62,000 nt of DNA, taken from positions 558,001 to 620,000 of the forward strand of contig NC_065883.2 in NCBI RefSeq assembly GCF_932274485.2, given 5' to 3'. How positions within the stretch are numbered: position 1 is the stretch's first letter; each line of letters starts with the position of its first letter. The notes beneath the pieces were generated by a model. It searched no databases. It saw only the letters and a program-made list of their open reading frames with translations, and was not told the DNA's origin. The translations under genes were made by a program, and so were the position numbers. Below are positions 1 through 13,173 of this stretch, piece by piece.

Positions 1-2166
1 TTAATAATACATGATGAATAATTTCAAATTACATTGACATAGCATTTTTGTACAGATAGATAAACTGATACAGTGGCATAGCCGGTTATGGCAAGGGCAA
101 TGCCCCTGGCTTCGTTAACAAAAACATTTCTCTTAAATTAGGAGAGAACTAATACTTATGTAATAATTTCAACTGACACTGACAAAACAATGTTTTTACA
201 ATTGACAATGACATGACATTTTAACAGATGTTTTAAGTACTTGACAGTGGTGTGGCAGGACATGACAACTACAATGTAGGTCACAGTTGCAAGCAAAACA
301 AATTTCTAACAGTACCGATTCACATTAACACAACTTCTTTAACATATAGATATGAATATAAAAAAAAAAAAAAAAAAAATTTTGACAAATAATGATCTTT
401 TTAATTGACAGTAGTATGGCTGGGTGTGCCACTGACAATGTCGTTGACAATTGTGAGCAGAGCAGTCTTAAGATATAACTAGTACATGTTAAATATTTTC
501 AATTGGCAATGTCGTGATATTGATGAATTTAACAGTGGCATGACAGGACATGACATGAGTACAATGTCGCTCACAGTTTAATACAAAAACAAGTTTTATT
601 AAATTAAAGGAAACCCATTACATGTTAAATAATTTCTACTGGCACTGGGATAATGCTATCTATGTTTGATTAAAAAGGAAATGACAGTTTTGACAGATAG
701 TGATCTTCGTGTTTGACAGGGACAATGTCCCTGGCCGGTTATGACAAGGACAATATACCTTTGCTTCGGTAATAAGTCATGTCCTTAACTTAACAGAGAG
801 CTAATACTTCTGAAATAATTTCGACTGAAAATGGCAAAACAATGTTTTCAATTGACAATGGCATGACATTTTTAAATATCTAGGTCCTTGACAAATGGTA
901 TGGCAAAACATGGCAACTACAAAGTCGCTCACAGTTTGTAAACAGAAGAACGTGTTTCCGACTGACTTTGGCGTAACTGTTTAACACATAAATATCAACT
1001 AACCTAAAAGAAGACTAATACATGTTAAATATATTCGATTGACAATGACATGACAGTTTGACTGAGAACGCCAAGTTAAATAATTTCAATTGACGATGAC
1101 ATTAAAAAAAAGAATAATAATAAATAAATGCTTTAGAAAAATCTAATAAATGTTAAATATTTTCAATTGGCAATGAAATGACAGATAATGATCTTTATAC
1201 TTGTCAGTAGTATGGCAGGATGTGACACTGACAGTGTCACTGACAGTTGTGAGCAAAGAAGTCTCTATATAACTAATACATGTTAAATATTTTCAACTGA
1301 CAATGTCTTAGAAATTTGACAGATAATGATCTATGTATACTTGACAGAGGCATCACAGGACATGACACCCCCATTGTCATGTCAGTTGTAAACAAAGAAG
1401 TATCTATTAGCTTAAGAAAACCTAATACGTGTTAAATATTATCGATTAACAATGACATGACAAATATGAAAGAAAATTGCCTAACACCCCCACCCCCTCC
1501 CCCAGCGTTATAGCAAAAAATATTCTATCAATGTGGATGATATCTATAACATGTAAAATTTAGGTGAGCACAATCTGTTACAAGTGTTAATATTCATGAT
1601 GGTAATACGACAGTTCTAATTTAGTACTAATGTAATCTATTTAAATCAATCTTATCTGTAAGTAATTTTAACATACATCTTATTGGTATAGTTTAATATT
1701 TTGATTTTCAACCGCATGAGAATTATTAATTTGGACCGATTGGCCTTTCTGTAGACTTAAATATATCTATTCCACTTTTGTAGCTTAACATGACAGTCAT
1801 AGTAATGTCAATTGTTGTTACTTTGTTTTAACAATCTATAATATAATATGCTATTAATAGTGACATGTGGTAGAATAGGGGCTACCAACTTATATGCGTA
1901 GTTATTATAAGTGTGTGCTTATTATAAGTATTATCTAATGGCAGGCATATTATCAACCTGACAAATACGTGACATATGACTTGACATGACATTGACATGA
2001 CATGACACAATGATGACATGCCAGAGCTTTATAGTAAAAATGATTATCCAACCAATGTGTTTAGCATATTCTAGAACTTAGATTAAGTTTTCTGAAATAT
2101 AATCTAGTATAAATTATATTATATTTGACAATAACATGGTAATTATAACCTACAATTATAAGATTA
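1..2166 (-). repeat. Degenerate internally repeated region (TGACA/GACAT-rich); probable inter-ORF spacer of the minus-strand LINE whose ORF1 ends at 2167
   Basis: Recurring blocks such as gccggttatg(g/a)caagg(g/a)caat (~81, ~734) and aataatgatctt...cagtagtatggc (~388, ~1185), plus a (gacat)n run at ~1970-2020. Lies directly 3' of an ORF1 stop, as the spacer does in the intact LINE. Confidence 0.55.
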
Positions 2167-3611
2167 CTAATAAACATCTAGTGTTTCGTGTGCGTTAAGT
2201 GGGTCGCCAATTTTGTAGCCTGGTATATCGCTTTTCTGGTTAATTCGAATTGGGTCACTCCCTTTACCATCATTTAAGAACTCTCGGAAATAAATCCTTC
2301 CATCAAACGTCCAACAACTATGCAGATCTTTGGAGCGATATGCTTTTCTAGCAAGACTAAAAAGATACGATCGTCGTCTTGTAAGATCTTCGTTTATGTA
2401 GACTGTAGGATTGTTTGCACGGGATATTTTCAACTTTTTACGATCACTCATAAGTTGTCTTTTGTGTTTGTAGCTAGATAGTCGAACAATAATTTGGCGG
2501 GGCCCATTTTCTGTTTCTCCCTTTGTATTATACGGGATTTTCTTTCTCCCTATTCGATGACAATTATCTATATGACCGTGACCAAAACTAGGACATACAC
2601 AGTTAATTATTTCAAGGGCAACATCCTCTACATTTTCATCTGCATTTTCACCTACCCCATTTATCCGGACACAATTCCGACGACTGTATTGCTCGAGTTC
2701 GTCTGTATCATTGATGATTTTTTGTTCTAGATCCAGTGCACAGCTTAAGCTTGGCGCAGACGGTCAACTTTTCGTCGCTTGTTGCTGCAATAGGCAACTA
2801 CTGGCAACTCCGAGCAATTGGCAACTCGAGGTCTCCCGTGTGCGCTGACTGGCAACGAGAAGCAATTTTTCCCCGGATGTATCCGGAATGCCGATATCAC
2901 GTGATCATGTTAATGTTGTTAGCTGTTCCATCTTGAAGTATCACATGACAGTAGAGCGCTCGCTGATTGGACAGTTAACCAGTTGCTTGTTGCCTGTTGT
3001 CGCCTACCGCCGCAGGCGAGCAATTTTGAAGCAACAGATGAACAATTTCTCGGCGACGAGCGAATTTCTGTTGTCGAATATCAAACATGTTTGATATTTG
3101 GCAACGAGAAGCAACTCGGAGCAACAGCAGGCAACTATTGTTGCCCGTTGGCGCAGACGAGCGATTTGTTCTTTCAACGACCAGCGATTTCACTGTTGCC
3201 TGAAAGTTGCTCGAAAAAGTTGTCCGTCTGCGCCTGGCTTTAGTAACTGTCCTTTTAAGTCTTCGATTTCCTCTTTTAGGGGTTTAATGAAATCTTTTAT
3301 ATTTTCTTGCAAGAGTTCTTTAATAGAGAGCTGTAGAGCTTTTTGGACATTTGGTAGGCACAAAGCCTCGGCAATTTTTTCTGAGATTGAGTCAGCGGTG
3401 GAATTTAGAAAAAAACGCTTTCCATGGTATCGCTATCATCAGGTAAAAGAACAGAGGAGGTGGATTCTGGTGTTTGGTTAAAGTTAAAGGTCTTTGAAAG
3501 GGTGTTTTCGACGATGGTTTTAGGGACTGTATTCTCTATATCATTAGGTTTTGATAAGGACGTTTCCCGTAGCTCACTTTGGGTTAACATTGATTTGCTT
3601 GAGTTCCACAT
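2167..3611 (-). pseudogene. Disrupted ORF1 of a CR1-group LINE, related to ORF1 at 20958-22007; lies in a CYP intron
   Basis: Removing the 2748-3239 insertion gives ...IKPLKEEIEDLKGQLLSCALDLEQKIINDTDELEQYSRRNCVRING...NCHRIG...PRQIIVRLSSYK...INEDLTRRRSYLF...SCWTFDGRI. This aligns to the 20958 ORF (DDLEQYGRRNCIRISG, NSHRVG, RIIVRLSSYK, INEDLT, SCWTRDGKI). One frameshift in a T-run near 3410. Confidence 0.85.
2748..3239. mobile_element. PIF/Harbinger-type MITE, 492 bp, TTA TSD
   Basis: TIRs agcttggcgcagacggtcaactttt / aaaagttgtccgtctgcgcctggct. TTA at 2745-2747 and 3240-3242. Excision restores the LINE ORF1 frame. Confidence 0.9.
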
Positions 3612-3641
3612 TCTTACTTCGAACGCTCATTAACAATATAG

Positions 3642-3983
3642 CAATCTGATTAGAACACAGATCTATATTTCGTTTCGTATTTTTTATACTTTCAATGGCC
3701 TTTACTACATAAAGATCTGGCCAGTTGTAGTGGAAGGTCGCGTCAGAGTTCATACAAGCGTCTTTGAACCTATGACGTCAGACATTTGATTAACCAATCA
3801 GCACTGATGTTTTTAGTAGGATACCAACAGTTCCGCGCACATTACGCCAAAAGCTCGTCGTAACAGACCATTTCATTGGCTAATACCTCACATCATCCAT
3901 ATCCTAATGTAGTAAAGATAAGTAAATCGAAATTTTGAACTATAAAAACGAAACGAAATAGGATATGTGTATTAATCAGATTG
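3642..3983. mobile_element. MITE with ~45-bp TIRs, unclassified; partial related copy at ~8820-9045
   Basis: caatctgattagaacacagatctatatttcgtttcg is the inverse of cgaaacgaaataggatatgtgtattaatcagattg. The internal cctatgacgtcagacat segment recurs at ~8918. Confidence 0.7.
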
Positions 3984-4139
3984 ACAAAATATCTAAAATT
4001 CGCCAAAAATACCTATTTGCTTCTACTCACAGCAAGTTCTAGGGTACATGAGAAACATTTTGATACATAATTTTATATTTGACAATAAAAAGGATTCATT
4101 TTACTTGAATATGTGTTTTATAAAGGTGTATTGTTTTAG

Positions 4140-4520
4140 AGGATGAAATCACACGGCGGGGGTTTACTTGGGAAAATGTTCAAAGAATCAGAAGATGATA
4201 AGGAGATCGATGAGAAGACTATTAAAGGAATCGTTGTTGACTTGGTAGCGGCTGGGTATTTAACAACGAAGGGGGCTTTAAGTGGATTTTTTCTGTTGAT
4301 GCTCTACTATCCAGAGATTCAACGCCGAATTCAAGAAGAAATAGACGAAAATATTGGCATGGACAGAGAACCAAGTCTGGATGATCGAGGAGTAATGCAC
4401 TATACAAACGCCGCCATTTTAGAATGTTTGCGATTCATTAGTCACATTCCAACTGGAATTCCACACGTGACTAGAGAAGAGATAGAAGTAGAAGGAATGA
4501 GGATTCCAGCCAAGACTGCG
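4140..4520 (+). CDS. Cytochrome P450 (clan 2; CYP1/17/21-like), internal exon with I-helix and ExxR
   Basis: ttttag| acceptor and |gtaagt donor, 381 nt, phase 0-0. Encodes DLVAAGYLTT, YPEIQRRIQEEID, ILECLRF. Upstream exons are not in the window. Confidence 0.92.
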
Positions 4521-5949
4521 GTAAGTACAATCCTTTGTCATTGGACATTTCATATTCCATCATTGGGATCAGGGCTTATACTTATTGTACAGTTGCCCCA
4601 TACGCCGGGCCCTGTACTTATTGTAAAGGTGTTCTTTTGAATATAATATATTATAATGAAATACTCGATGTACACTTGAGACGACAAATTAGTGTCAGTG
4701 AGCCCCCAGATACCCGTGAGCCCTAGTTCGATGGCCTACTATGCCTATTATTAAATCCGGCAACCCTAACCCAACCCTTATGATAAACAAGGTGTAATAG
4801 TCGCAGGCCGTACACTAGTTTACCCACCCACCTACTTAAAGGGGTATTTTCAGAGATTAGATAAATAAAGAGTTGACAGTTCTAACTATAATAGTTTTAA
4901 AAAAAACTAGATAATGTAAAGGGATTATGTTGCAAATTTTAGACAAATTGCTCCACTCTGAACCGAGATATAAGCTTTCGAATGGTTGAATGGTCTAACA
5001 TATGCGCTTTACGTCATCAGGTCTGTCATTGAGTCACGTGGCGTTAGTCGACTGTCCAACCGCGTGGGTTTTCTCCCGGTCATCCGGTTTCCTCCCGCTG
5101 TTAAGACAAATCTACGTGCAAGGGAATTATTGAAGTAAAGTTGAACCATATGTTGGTACCGAAATAACAAATGTGTAACACTATCTTAGTGATAACAGAC
5201 ATCAGTTTAGTAAATATATCATTTATTTGATTTATTTACACCGGAGCAGAATTATTTCACATCTACATACAAAACAATACAGGAACTTAAACTAATATAC
5301 AGGAACTAGACTACGACAGGAACACATCAGGGCGGTACACAATTATATTGAATCGCCATTCCGCCCCTCTGCCAAGGCAGCGGCTGAACTCGGGCGAGTC
5401 CATCTCTCTGTTCGTCTCTCCTCCTCTCTCTAGACGTTTAGTCCCGAGATGACCTAGTTTGTGTCGAGTGGACGTTAAACCCCATTTCTCTCTCTCTCTC
5501 TCTCTAGACGTCTGCAAACTCCTAGTTATATACCCTGCGACCATAGATAAGACCCATGATCATACATGCAATTGTCTCTTTATCACGCCATGGTATGATT
5601 ACTGACCAGTGCGTATGCCTTTGAAGTCATGAAGAACTTATACCCAGATCATATGTAGTTTGTAAATGACATATGGGATTCATTATATGTTTAATTAGAT
5701 CATAGCCAGTTCGTGCCTTAACAGAAGTATATACACAGTTGAAAAGTCAATATAATATATTATCTAAAGCATGGTGTACTCGTTTTTTCTGGGCCATCCA
5801 ATTTATCGAAGACATATAACGGGACACATAAATTTGTCTGTATTGTAACCGCTGACTTTGGCATGAGACGATATCTGATTACAGCCGTTATTTGATTGTA
5901 ATTATAGTCCGATATGGATATAACGATCGTCTAGTTGTGGCAGATCTAC

Positions 5950-6260
5950 AACTGTTATTTGTCTACAAATGCACCGACTGGGATAATGAAGTCGGACATA
6001 CGCCATACAGTATGCTGTGAGGAATATTGCCCGGACAACTGCGCCAGGGCCACCTCTTATATCGAATATCAACCGTCAAAGGTTATTATACGTTTACACG
6101 GAACCTCGTTTGTTTGTTTTTTTGTCCCATCCGAACGATTGTCAGGCCTTCCGTCCTCCACCACTAAGGTTATTTTACGTGTACACGGAACCTCGTTGTT
6201 TTTTTTTTTTGTCCCATCCGAACGATTGTCAGGCCTTCCGTCCTACACCACTAGCAAAGG
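5950..6260 (-). mobile_element. Deu/Nin-domain SINE (family B), degraded, with internal duplication
   Basis: Reverse complement contains gttcggatgggac...gaggttccgtgt twice, and the gcatactgtatggcgtatg tail segment. Confidence 0.7.
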
Positions 6261-6468
6261 AGGGGGTGGGGGCATGCCGTTAGAAGAGTGTGTTTCATAC
6301 TTATGATTTTCACAGAAAACGTTTGATTTATTTATTATAAATGTTAATAAATTAATTTGAGTACATTTTATCGTGGATTTAGCCTTGAACAATTTCATAT
6401 TGTTTGAAAAATGCAAATGAAAAAGACGATCGCCAAGTTTGGTTTATCATTGTTTTTGTAAATTCCAG

Positions 6469-6596
6469 ATGGTTACAAATTATTGGACAACGAATCGTTC
6501 AGATAAATACTGGCATAAACCTGACGTTTTCTCACCTGAAAGATTTTTAGATGATGATGGGAAACTTCTTCCAAGTGAACATATTTTACGATCACA
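6469..6596 (+). CDS. Cytochrome P450, PERF exon (not in ORF track)
   Basis: ttccag|ATG...TCACA|gtaagt. Encodes MVTNYWTTNRSDKYWHKPDVFSPERFLDDDGKLLPSEHILRS; phase 0-2 matches the flanking exons. Confidence 0.92.
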
Positions 6597-7629
6597 GTAA
6601 GTTCATGGTTGTATTTCTTCTAATTAAATCTCAAGAGGTAACATATGCTGAGTGTTATGGCTAAAGTACCTATTTGTATACGCCCAAACGTATAGTTTAA
6701 CCGTATATAATTGTCGCACCCGTTCGTCAACAATTGTCTTGTGAACACAATATAGGTCACGAGAGTACTCACCCTGCCCATATGGACACAGATCACTAAA
6801 GATTTCCCCATTGACTCCAATGTTGATTCTCGTATCTTAGACCGGCTCTAACTTTTTCCCAAATTTTCGTTGGGTAGAACGCTTTCTACCACAGATGGAG
6901 CAACATGTGGCAACCACTTGCCCAAAAGCACGTATAAGGTTCTTCATGAAAAACTTGAGATACACAAGCTGGAAGTAGAGACAAGTAAACATGCAATTTC
7001 AGGCCCTACATTTCAACGTAACCAACCTCTCAACTCTTGTATCCTTCCGCATCAAAATTATGAATATTCACCAAAACCTGGCAGAAAATGTATTTTCAAA
7101 CCCTTTTCCTCAATTCTACACCAAAAAGTCAACAAAAATCGCCATGCAAAAGGGGGAAACAGGAAAAGGGAGAGGAAGACTAAAAATAGCTTTGGCCCTT
7201 GGTGACGGCGTAGGAATATTTGGTGATCTGTGTCCATATTCAGCGTTACGCGAATTGCCGTTCCAGAGTTATGCACCGTTTTCCGACAGCCCTGTGAACG
7301 TGATGGAGGCTATAATTTTAACAGATTTTTTTTTCAAATTTGGAGGGAAGCATTTTGGTCGATACTAAGCGTTCCAGGTCAATAAAAACTAGGTCATTTC
7401 GGGACTAATATATGATTAAATTTTATTTCACTTAGGGTAGGGGTCTTCAGCAGTTCCAGAAAAACCGGCAGTATTTTTTATGTAGGCTAAGTAGCTGATC
7501 GTTACACCTTTTCGGATACAATAACTCTACTTCTAATTGGAGTAGAATTTTTAAACTTGGTATGTGCTTTACCTAGTAACGATGATGACCATTTTCTGCT
7601 CTGGCACAGATGGGCAAATCGATAGGGTG

Positions 7630-7930
<301 letters not shown>

Positions 7931-8013
7931 TATAAAAAGATAAACGTGCAAGTAATTAACAGGTGGACTGAGGCGAGGGACATAAACCTCATTGTTGACA
8001 TGTTCCTTTTCAG

Positions 8014-8218
8014 GCTGATGCCATTTGGAGTTGGAAAAAGAAACTGTGTCGGAGAATCATTTGCCAAGTCTCGTATGTTCCTGTATGTGACGTCATTACT
8101 ACAGAGGTTTAATTTTTCAGCAGGTGGAAATGAGTTGCCGCCCTTGGATTCTACAACATGGAAACCAAATAGTGTCATGCATCCAGACTTTCTTAATTGC
8201 ATCGTGCGTATGAGATAA
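8014..8218 (+). CDS. Cytochrome P450, terminal heme-binding exon
   Basis: tttcag|g acceptor, phase 2. Heme motif PFGVGKRNCVGE; TAA at 8216-8218. Confidence 0.95.
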
Positions 8219-9258
8219 AATCTCTTAGAGACTACCCACCTGTTTATATAAGCTTAAAGATGCCTCTACATATTACAGGTCTTTCTTTTGGCCTCAGATG
8301 TTATATATGTTTGATTATAACCCATAATCAACCCTCTAGACCGTCGGATGGTCATGATTTTAATGGATAAAAACACGATCACCGTTTAATAATTCAATTT
8401 TAAAATGGATGATCGATGTTAGCAATGAAAAATTCGAGACTACGTACGCTGTTCTTATCAGAACTCCCAACATTTAACTTCGCTCAGAATAAAGTAATTT
8501 GACTGAAAACTTCCCACATTCATTACTTCGCTCAGAATACAGTAATTTGACTGAAATTTTCAATATATTTCGTTGTCTTTATCTGTTGTTAAATTATTAT
8601 AACTGTCGGGTCCTTATCTAACTCTTACCCTAACCCTAACCCTAACATAATATCATCTTTTGTATTATAGTTTTTTCACGAAAGGCCGGATGGTAGAAAG
8701 GCTTCTGCAGCCTAATCATTTTCCCTTCTAAAATAAAGTTATTATTATTATTCTTATTATTACGATAATGATCGACAGCGACTTGGATCAACATTCTAAG
8801 AGTCCCCGTTTAAGCCAAACTGATTAAAATACAAATTTACATTTCGTTTGTTTTTTATTTTATACTGATAAGTTATAGTGGGAGTTTACGTCAGCGGTCA
8901 AATGAGCGGCTTTTGACCCTATGACGTCAGACATCGATAAATCAATCAGCCTTGACGTTTCGAGTGGTTTAGCCTCAGTTCCATGCATCAAAAGACCAAG
9001 AACGCGCCGTAAAAGACTGTTTTATTAGCTAATCCCTCACTTCAACCAAGACGCCGGTAATATAACAACTCTTCCAAATCAGAAAGATGGCGGGTTTTCA
9101 TTTACCATAAGTAGAATACGTGCCGTTGTTTTGATTAATCGAGTGAGCAGACTTCGATCTCCGGTGCCACACAACTTTAACCAGCAGAGCCTTTTTTTTT
9201 AAAGTGCCTTGGAACATGTCCTTGCGCTGGTGAGTGAAAACCGTACTCTGAGAAATTA

Positions 9259-10406
9259 AACGAGAGCGTTGCTACCGCTGCAACATACGTCCACATTCCT
9301 GCTTTGCTTACTTTTTAAAATGAAGAGAATAAATATGAAATGGCTGCAACGACTGTAATATGGCAAGAGACAAAAGACGCTAGGTGTTGGGGTGTTGGGT
9401 TTGTTTTGCAAAATTACAGATTAAATATTAACAAAAACATGGGCGTCACACCGCCCCTGGGGTTGAGGCATGCACGCTATCCTTATTCCAGCTGGTAGAC
9501 AAAAAACACAAAAACTGTCCGTGGCTCTGTTCGTGACGGGGGGGGGGGGGGGGGGGGGGGGTGACATGGGCCAATATAAATAGATACAATAGTTGCAGGG
9601 CCATAACTCTGGCAGTAATTATCGGAAATCGCAGAAAATCAATAGGATTCTTCCCTTCATGACCTTAGATACTGTGTATAAATTCAAGTCAGTCAGATAT
9701 TAACTTTAGCCTCTAGAGCGTCCACAAGATTTTTTAAGTGATCATGGGCCATAACTCTGGCAGTAATAATCGGAAATCGCTGAAAATCGATGGGATTCTT
9801 CGTCTCATGACCTTAAACACTGTGTATAAATTTAAAGTCAATCGGATATTAACTTTAGCCTCTACAGCGTCCACAAGATATTTTGAAGTGACCAAGGGCC
9901 ATAACTCTGGCAGTAATAATCGGAAATTACTGAAAACCAATAGGATTCTTCGCGTCATGACCTTAAATATTGTGTATAAATTTATTTAAAGTCCATCAGA
10001 TATTAACTTTAGCCTTTAGAGCGCCCACAAGATTTTTTTAAGTGATCAAGGGCTATAACTCTGGCAGTAATAATCGGAAAATCGCTGAAAATCAATAGGA
10101 TTCTTCGTCTCGTGGCCTTAAACACTGTGTATAAATTTAAAGTCAATCGGATATTAACTTTAGCCTCTAGAGCGTCCATAAGATTTTTTTAAGTGATCAA
10201 GGGCCATAACTCTGGCAGTAATCAATGGAAATCGCTGAAAATCAATAGGGTTCTTTGTCGCATGACCTTAAACACTGTGTATAAATTTAAAGTCAATCGG
10301 ATAGTAACTTTAGCCTCTAGAAAGTTCACAAGCAATTGTGGACGCCAGACGGACGGGCGAACGGACGGGGGCGACGACAATATACGACCACATTATACGA
10401 TCGCAA
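9259..10406 (+). mobile_element. Non-autonomous Helentron/HINE-like element with five ~150-bp tandem units
   Basis: Units start gggc(c/t)ataactctggcagt at ~9598, 9746, 9896, 10050, 10201. 5' aacgagagcg...catacgtcc; 3' (gacg)n microsatellite and terminal hairpin. An inverted copy of the left arm lies at ~16950-17215. Confidence 0.8.
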
Positions 10407-10671
10407 TTTTGGAATTTGGAATTTCGCATTTGGAATTTGGAATGAGTCTTCTGGGCTTCCGTAGGCCCAGGCATCTGATAGGTAAACTAGCACTAATTAG
10501 TTGTGTAAAATTTATTTAAATTCTAATTTGTTTAATTGAGGGGGCTGCCAATTTGCTATAAAAATAACATTTATACGGAACAGCAACATAAATTAAACAG
10601 GGGCTAAACTAAACCAGGATAACATTAATATAGTACATAATAGACAACCCTTCCGCCCTTCTGTCCGGCAG

Positions 10672-11000
10672 TGTTTGGTGTTCGATCCTTGCATTGGCCG
10701 AGAAAGTTCATCCAGATTTTCCGGCATGGTTCTCCCTTGTCAGTGTTGCAAGACGGAGGGGCTAACAAGGAAAGCTGTCTAGTCGTTCGGATGGGACGAA
10801 AAACCGAGGTCCCGTGTACACATTGGCGTGCACGTAAAAGATCCCTTGGCAGTTGGAATTCGATATAAGAGTAGGGCGTAGTGCTGCTGTCCGGGCAAAA
10901 TTTCCCTCATAGCACACTGTATGGCGTATGCCCGTCTCCATTAGCCCAGGTTACGAGCAGAACAGTAGGACGTTAAACTCCATTTCATTTCATTTCATTT
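10672..11000 (+). mobile_element. Deu/Nin-domain SINE (family B), (TTTCA)n tail
   Basis: Core gtcgttcggatgggacgaaaaaccgaggtcccgtgt...cacgtaaaagatccc; tail gacgttaaactccatttcatttc. Confidence 0.85.
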
Positions 11001-11710
11001 CCGGAAGTGTTTTGTACATGTAGGGTTTATTTACATCGGCAACGGGATACAAAATAGCTACATAATTAAACAGGAACTAAACTACACCAGGATTAAAACC
11101 AATAATATTAACACGGTTCATTAATAGACAACCATTCTGCATCAAAATCGGCGGAATTCGATTGAGTCCGTACGGTCCTCTCTGCTTCTCTAACCAAGTC
11201 TCTCGCCAACCATCTCTCTCCTCGTCTTCGCTCGTATCCCTCTCGTCTTTCTAAATAACTTATGATTATATACCAACAATATAGAAAGTTGATACGAACG
11301 TCTTTTAAGAAATTGAGTCTTACAACACAAGGTCATTACCATATATGGAGTCATTTAGATTAGCTGGCCACCAGGTTGTACAAAGATCATATGGAATTTA
11401 TCAAGACCTTAATTACATACAATATCATATAGTATCAAAACCAGCTGGGGGTCGATAAGATCAGAAGTTCGACACCACCTGGGGGTTGATAAGATCAGAA
11501 CCTTCGCCACTAGCTCGGGATCGATAAGATCAGAACTTCGCCACAACTATCTGAGTTGTGAGATTAGGAAAAAGTTAAAATTGAAAACAAAACGTATACT
11601 TTGTTAGTGCACACGTGACTTGTATTCCTTTTCGGGAAATTAGTTGTCTACGTTTAAGCACAGAGGCAAATATGTTTTTAAACAGAGATACCATATCAGA
11701 ATTATTCTTT

Positions 11711-11970
11711 CTACGCTAGATTCCAGGTTTTCCAGTCTGCTTCATCCGCCATGGTGACATCATCACTTTCATCAACAACTAAACATTGTTTAGTTACCTC
11801 ATTATAACTATATTCCACACAACCACATGGTAAATCTTCAGTAGGTGTCACACATTTAAGATTACATTCCATCTGGCTTCTGGTATGGTAACTCAACACA
11901 TTCGAACCTTGGACTTTCTTGTTTCCTGGTAAGTGATTCCATGAAGAAGCCAACATCGTCGCACCAGTGT
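11711..11970 (-). CDS. Secreted FAMeT-domain + PAN/apple protein, exon 3 (PAN-like, terminal)
   Basis: tttacag| acceptor, phase 1. SQMECNLKC...CVEYSYNEVTKQCLV PAN-like Cys pattern; stop at 11711-11713. Confidence 0.8.
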
Positions 11971-12062
11971 CTGTAAAACAAACAGCATCATATAAATAAA
12001 TGAACGAGAAGGACGTTGTTACCAACCCCATTGCTGTTGGCTATCAGTCACACCCCATACAG

Positions 12063-12365
12063 GGAGCCAGGGTGGCTATTTGGGTAAGACGCTGGCTCGC
12101 TTGCCTGGAAATCACGTGTTCGATCCCTGCATTGACCGAGACAGCTGTCTAGTTGTTCGGATGGGACGAAAACCCGGGTCCCGTGCATACATTGGCGTGC
12201 ACGTAAACGATCCCTTGGCAGTTGGAATTCGATATAAGAGTAGGCCATAGCGCCGCTGCCAGGGCAAAAATGCCCTCATAGCACACTATTTGGCGTATGC
12301 CAGTCTTCATTAGCCCAGTATAGGAGTAAAACAACAGTAGGACGTTAAACCCCATTTCATTTTAT
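12063..12365 (+). mobile_element. Family B SINE with tRNA-like head; followed by a family A SINE at ~12395-12604
   Basis: Head gtggctatttgggtaag...gttcgatccc, Deu/Nin core, tail gacgttaaaccccatttc. Confidence 0.8.
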
Positions 12366-12723
12366 TCATCAACCAAAGACCGTTTTCTGACTGCTGACTG
12401 GCGTGGTTTCGATTCCCCAATTGTACGTGACAAGGAGTAGGGTCGCCTGTCCAACCTCGTGGGTTTTCTCCGGGTCCTCCTGTTTCCTCCCACTGCTAAA
12501 GACCCATACGCTCAAGCGAATTATTGAAATAAAATTGAACCATGTGTATAGTCCCGATATGACCTAGTTTGTGTCGAGTGGACGCTAAACTATCTCTCTC
12601 TCTCACTTCAAATTTGCAGGACCTAGTTTGTGTGTGTCTCTCCGACCTTGCACGGCCTTATTAATATGTAGCCGTTTAACAACATAGAGTTCCAATAGAT
12701 ATCCTACCAAAACAATATCTTAC

Positions 12724-13173
12724 CTATATTCCAGCAGCCATCACTACCCCATCCAGTTAATAGGAACGCATAGTTAATTTCGCTTGGGGGATTCAACTGG
12801 TGATCCGCTATCGTATTTATATCAATTTTGTCTCCCTTTCCTAGTTTCAACAGTCCATTTTTCCAGCTAATCCAAAATGGGCGAAACTCTGAGCAATCAA
12901 GGAGAACTTCGTCGTGATTGGTATAATAATATGAAGATTGTACAGCAGGTCTGATTTGAGATTTGGTATTGCTGTCAGACCCAATTATAAATGCCAAGTT
13001 CCCTCGAGTTGTCAGATCAATCACAGCATCTTTCTGTAAAACTATATGCGCGTTGCTGCACGCTTTTACTAGAAATTTAAAACTGGTTACATTCATGACG
13101 TTAAATCCCTTTCTTGCTAATGGAAATGAACCATGCTTGTTATTAGGACTGTAAGCTCGTAAAGCAAGACAAA
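12724..13173 (-). CDS. Secreted FAMeT-domain + PAN protein, exon 2 (farnesoic acid O-methyltransferase-like domain)
   Basis: ttttcag| acceptor and |gtaag donor, 450 nt, phase 1-1. Motifs FLVKACSNAHIVL, IIGSDSNTKSQIR, LLDCSEFRPFWISW..G.LKLGKG, TGWGSDGCW. Confidence 0.88.

Noticed and set aside
8628..8646. (CCCTAA)3 telomere-like repeat
   Set aside because: Only three units, internal; too short to interpret.
9734..10519. ORFs in HINE arrays and SINEs (also 16622-17086, 31244-31609, 33730-34910)
   Set aside because: Incidental frames in non-coding repeats.
12063..12135. tRNA genes at A/B-box motifs
   Set aside because: They are SINE heads continuing into SINE cores and tails; no full cloverleaf.
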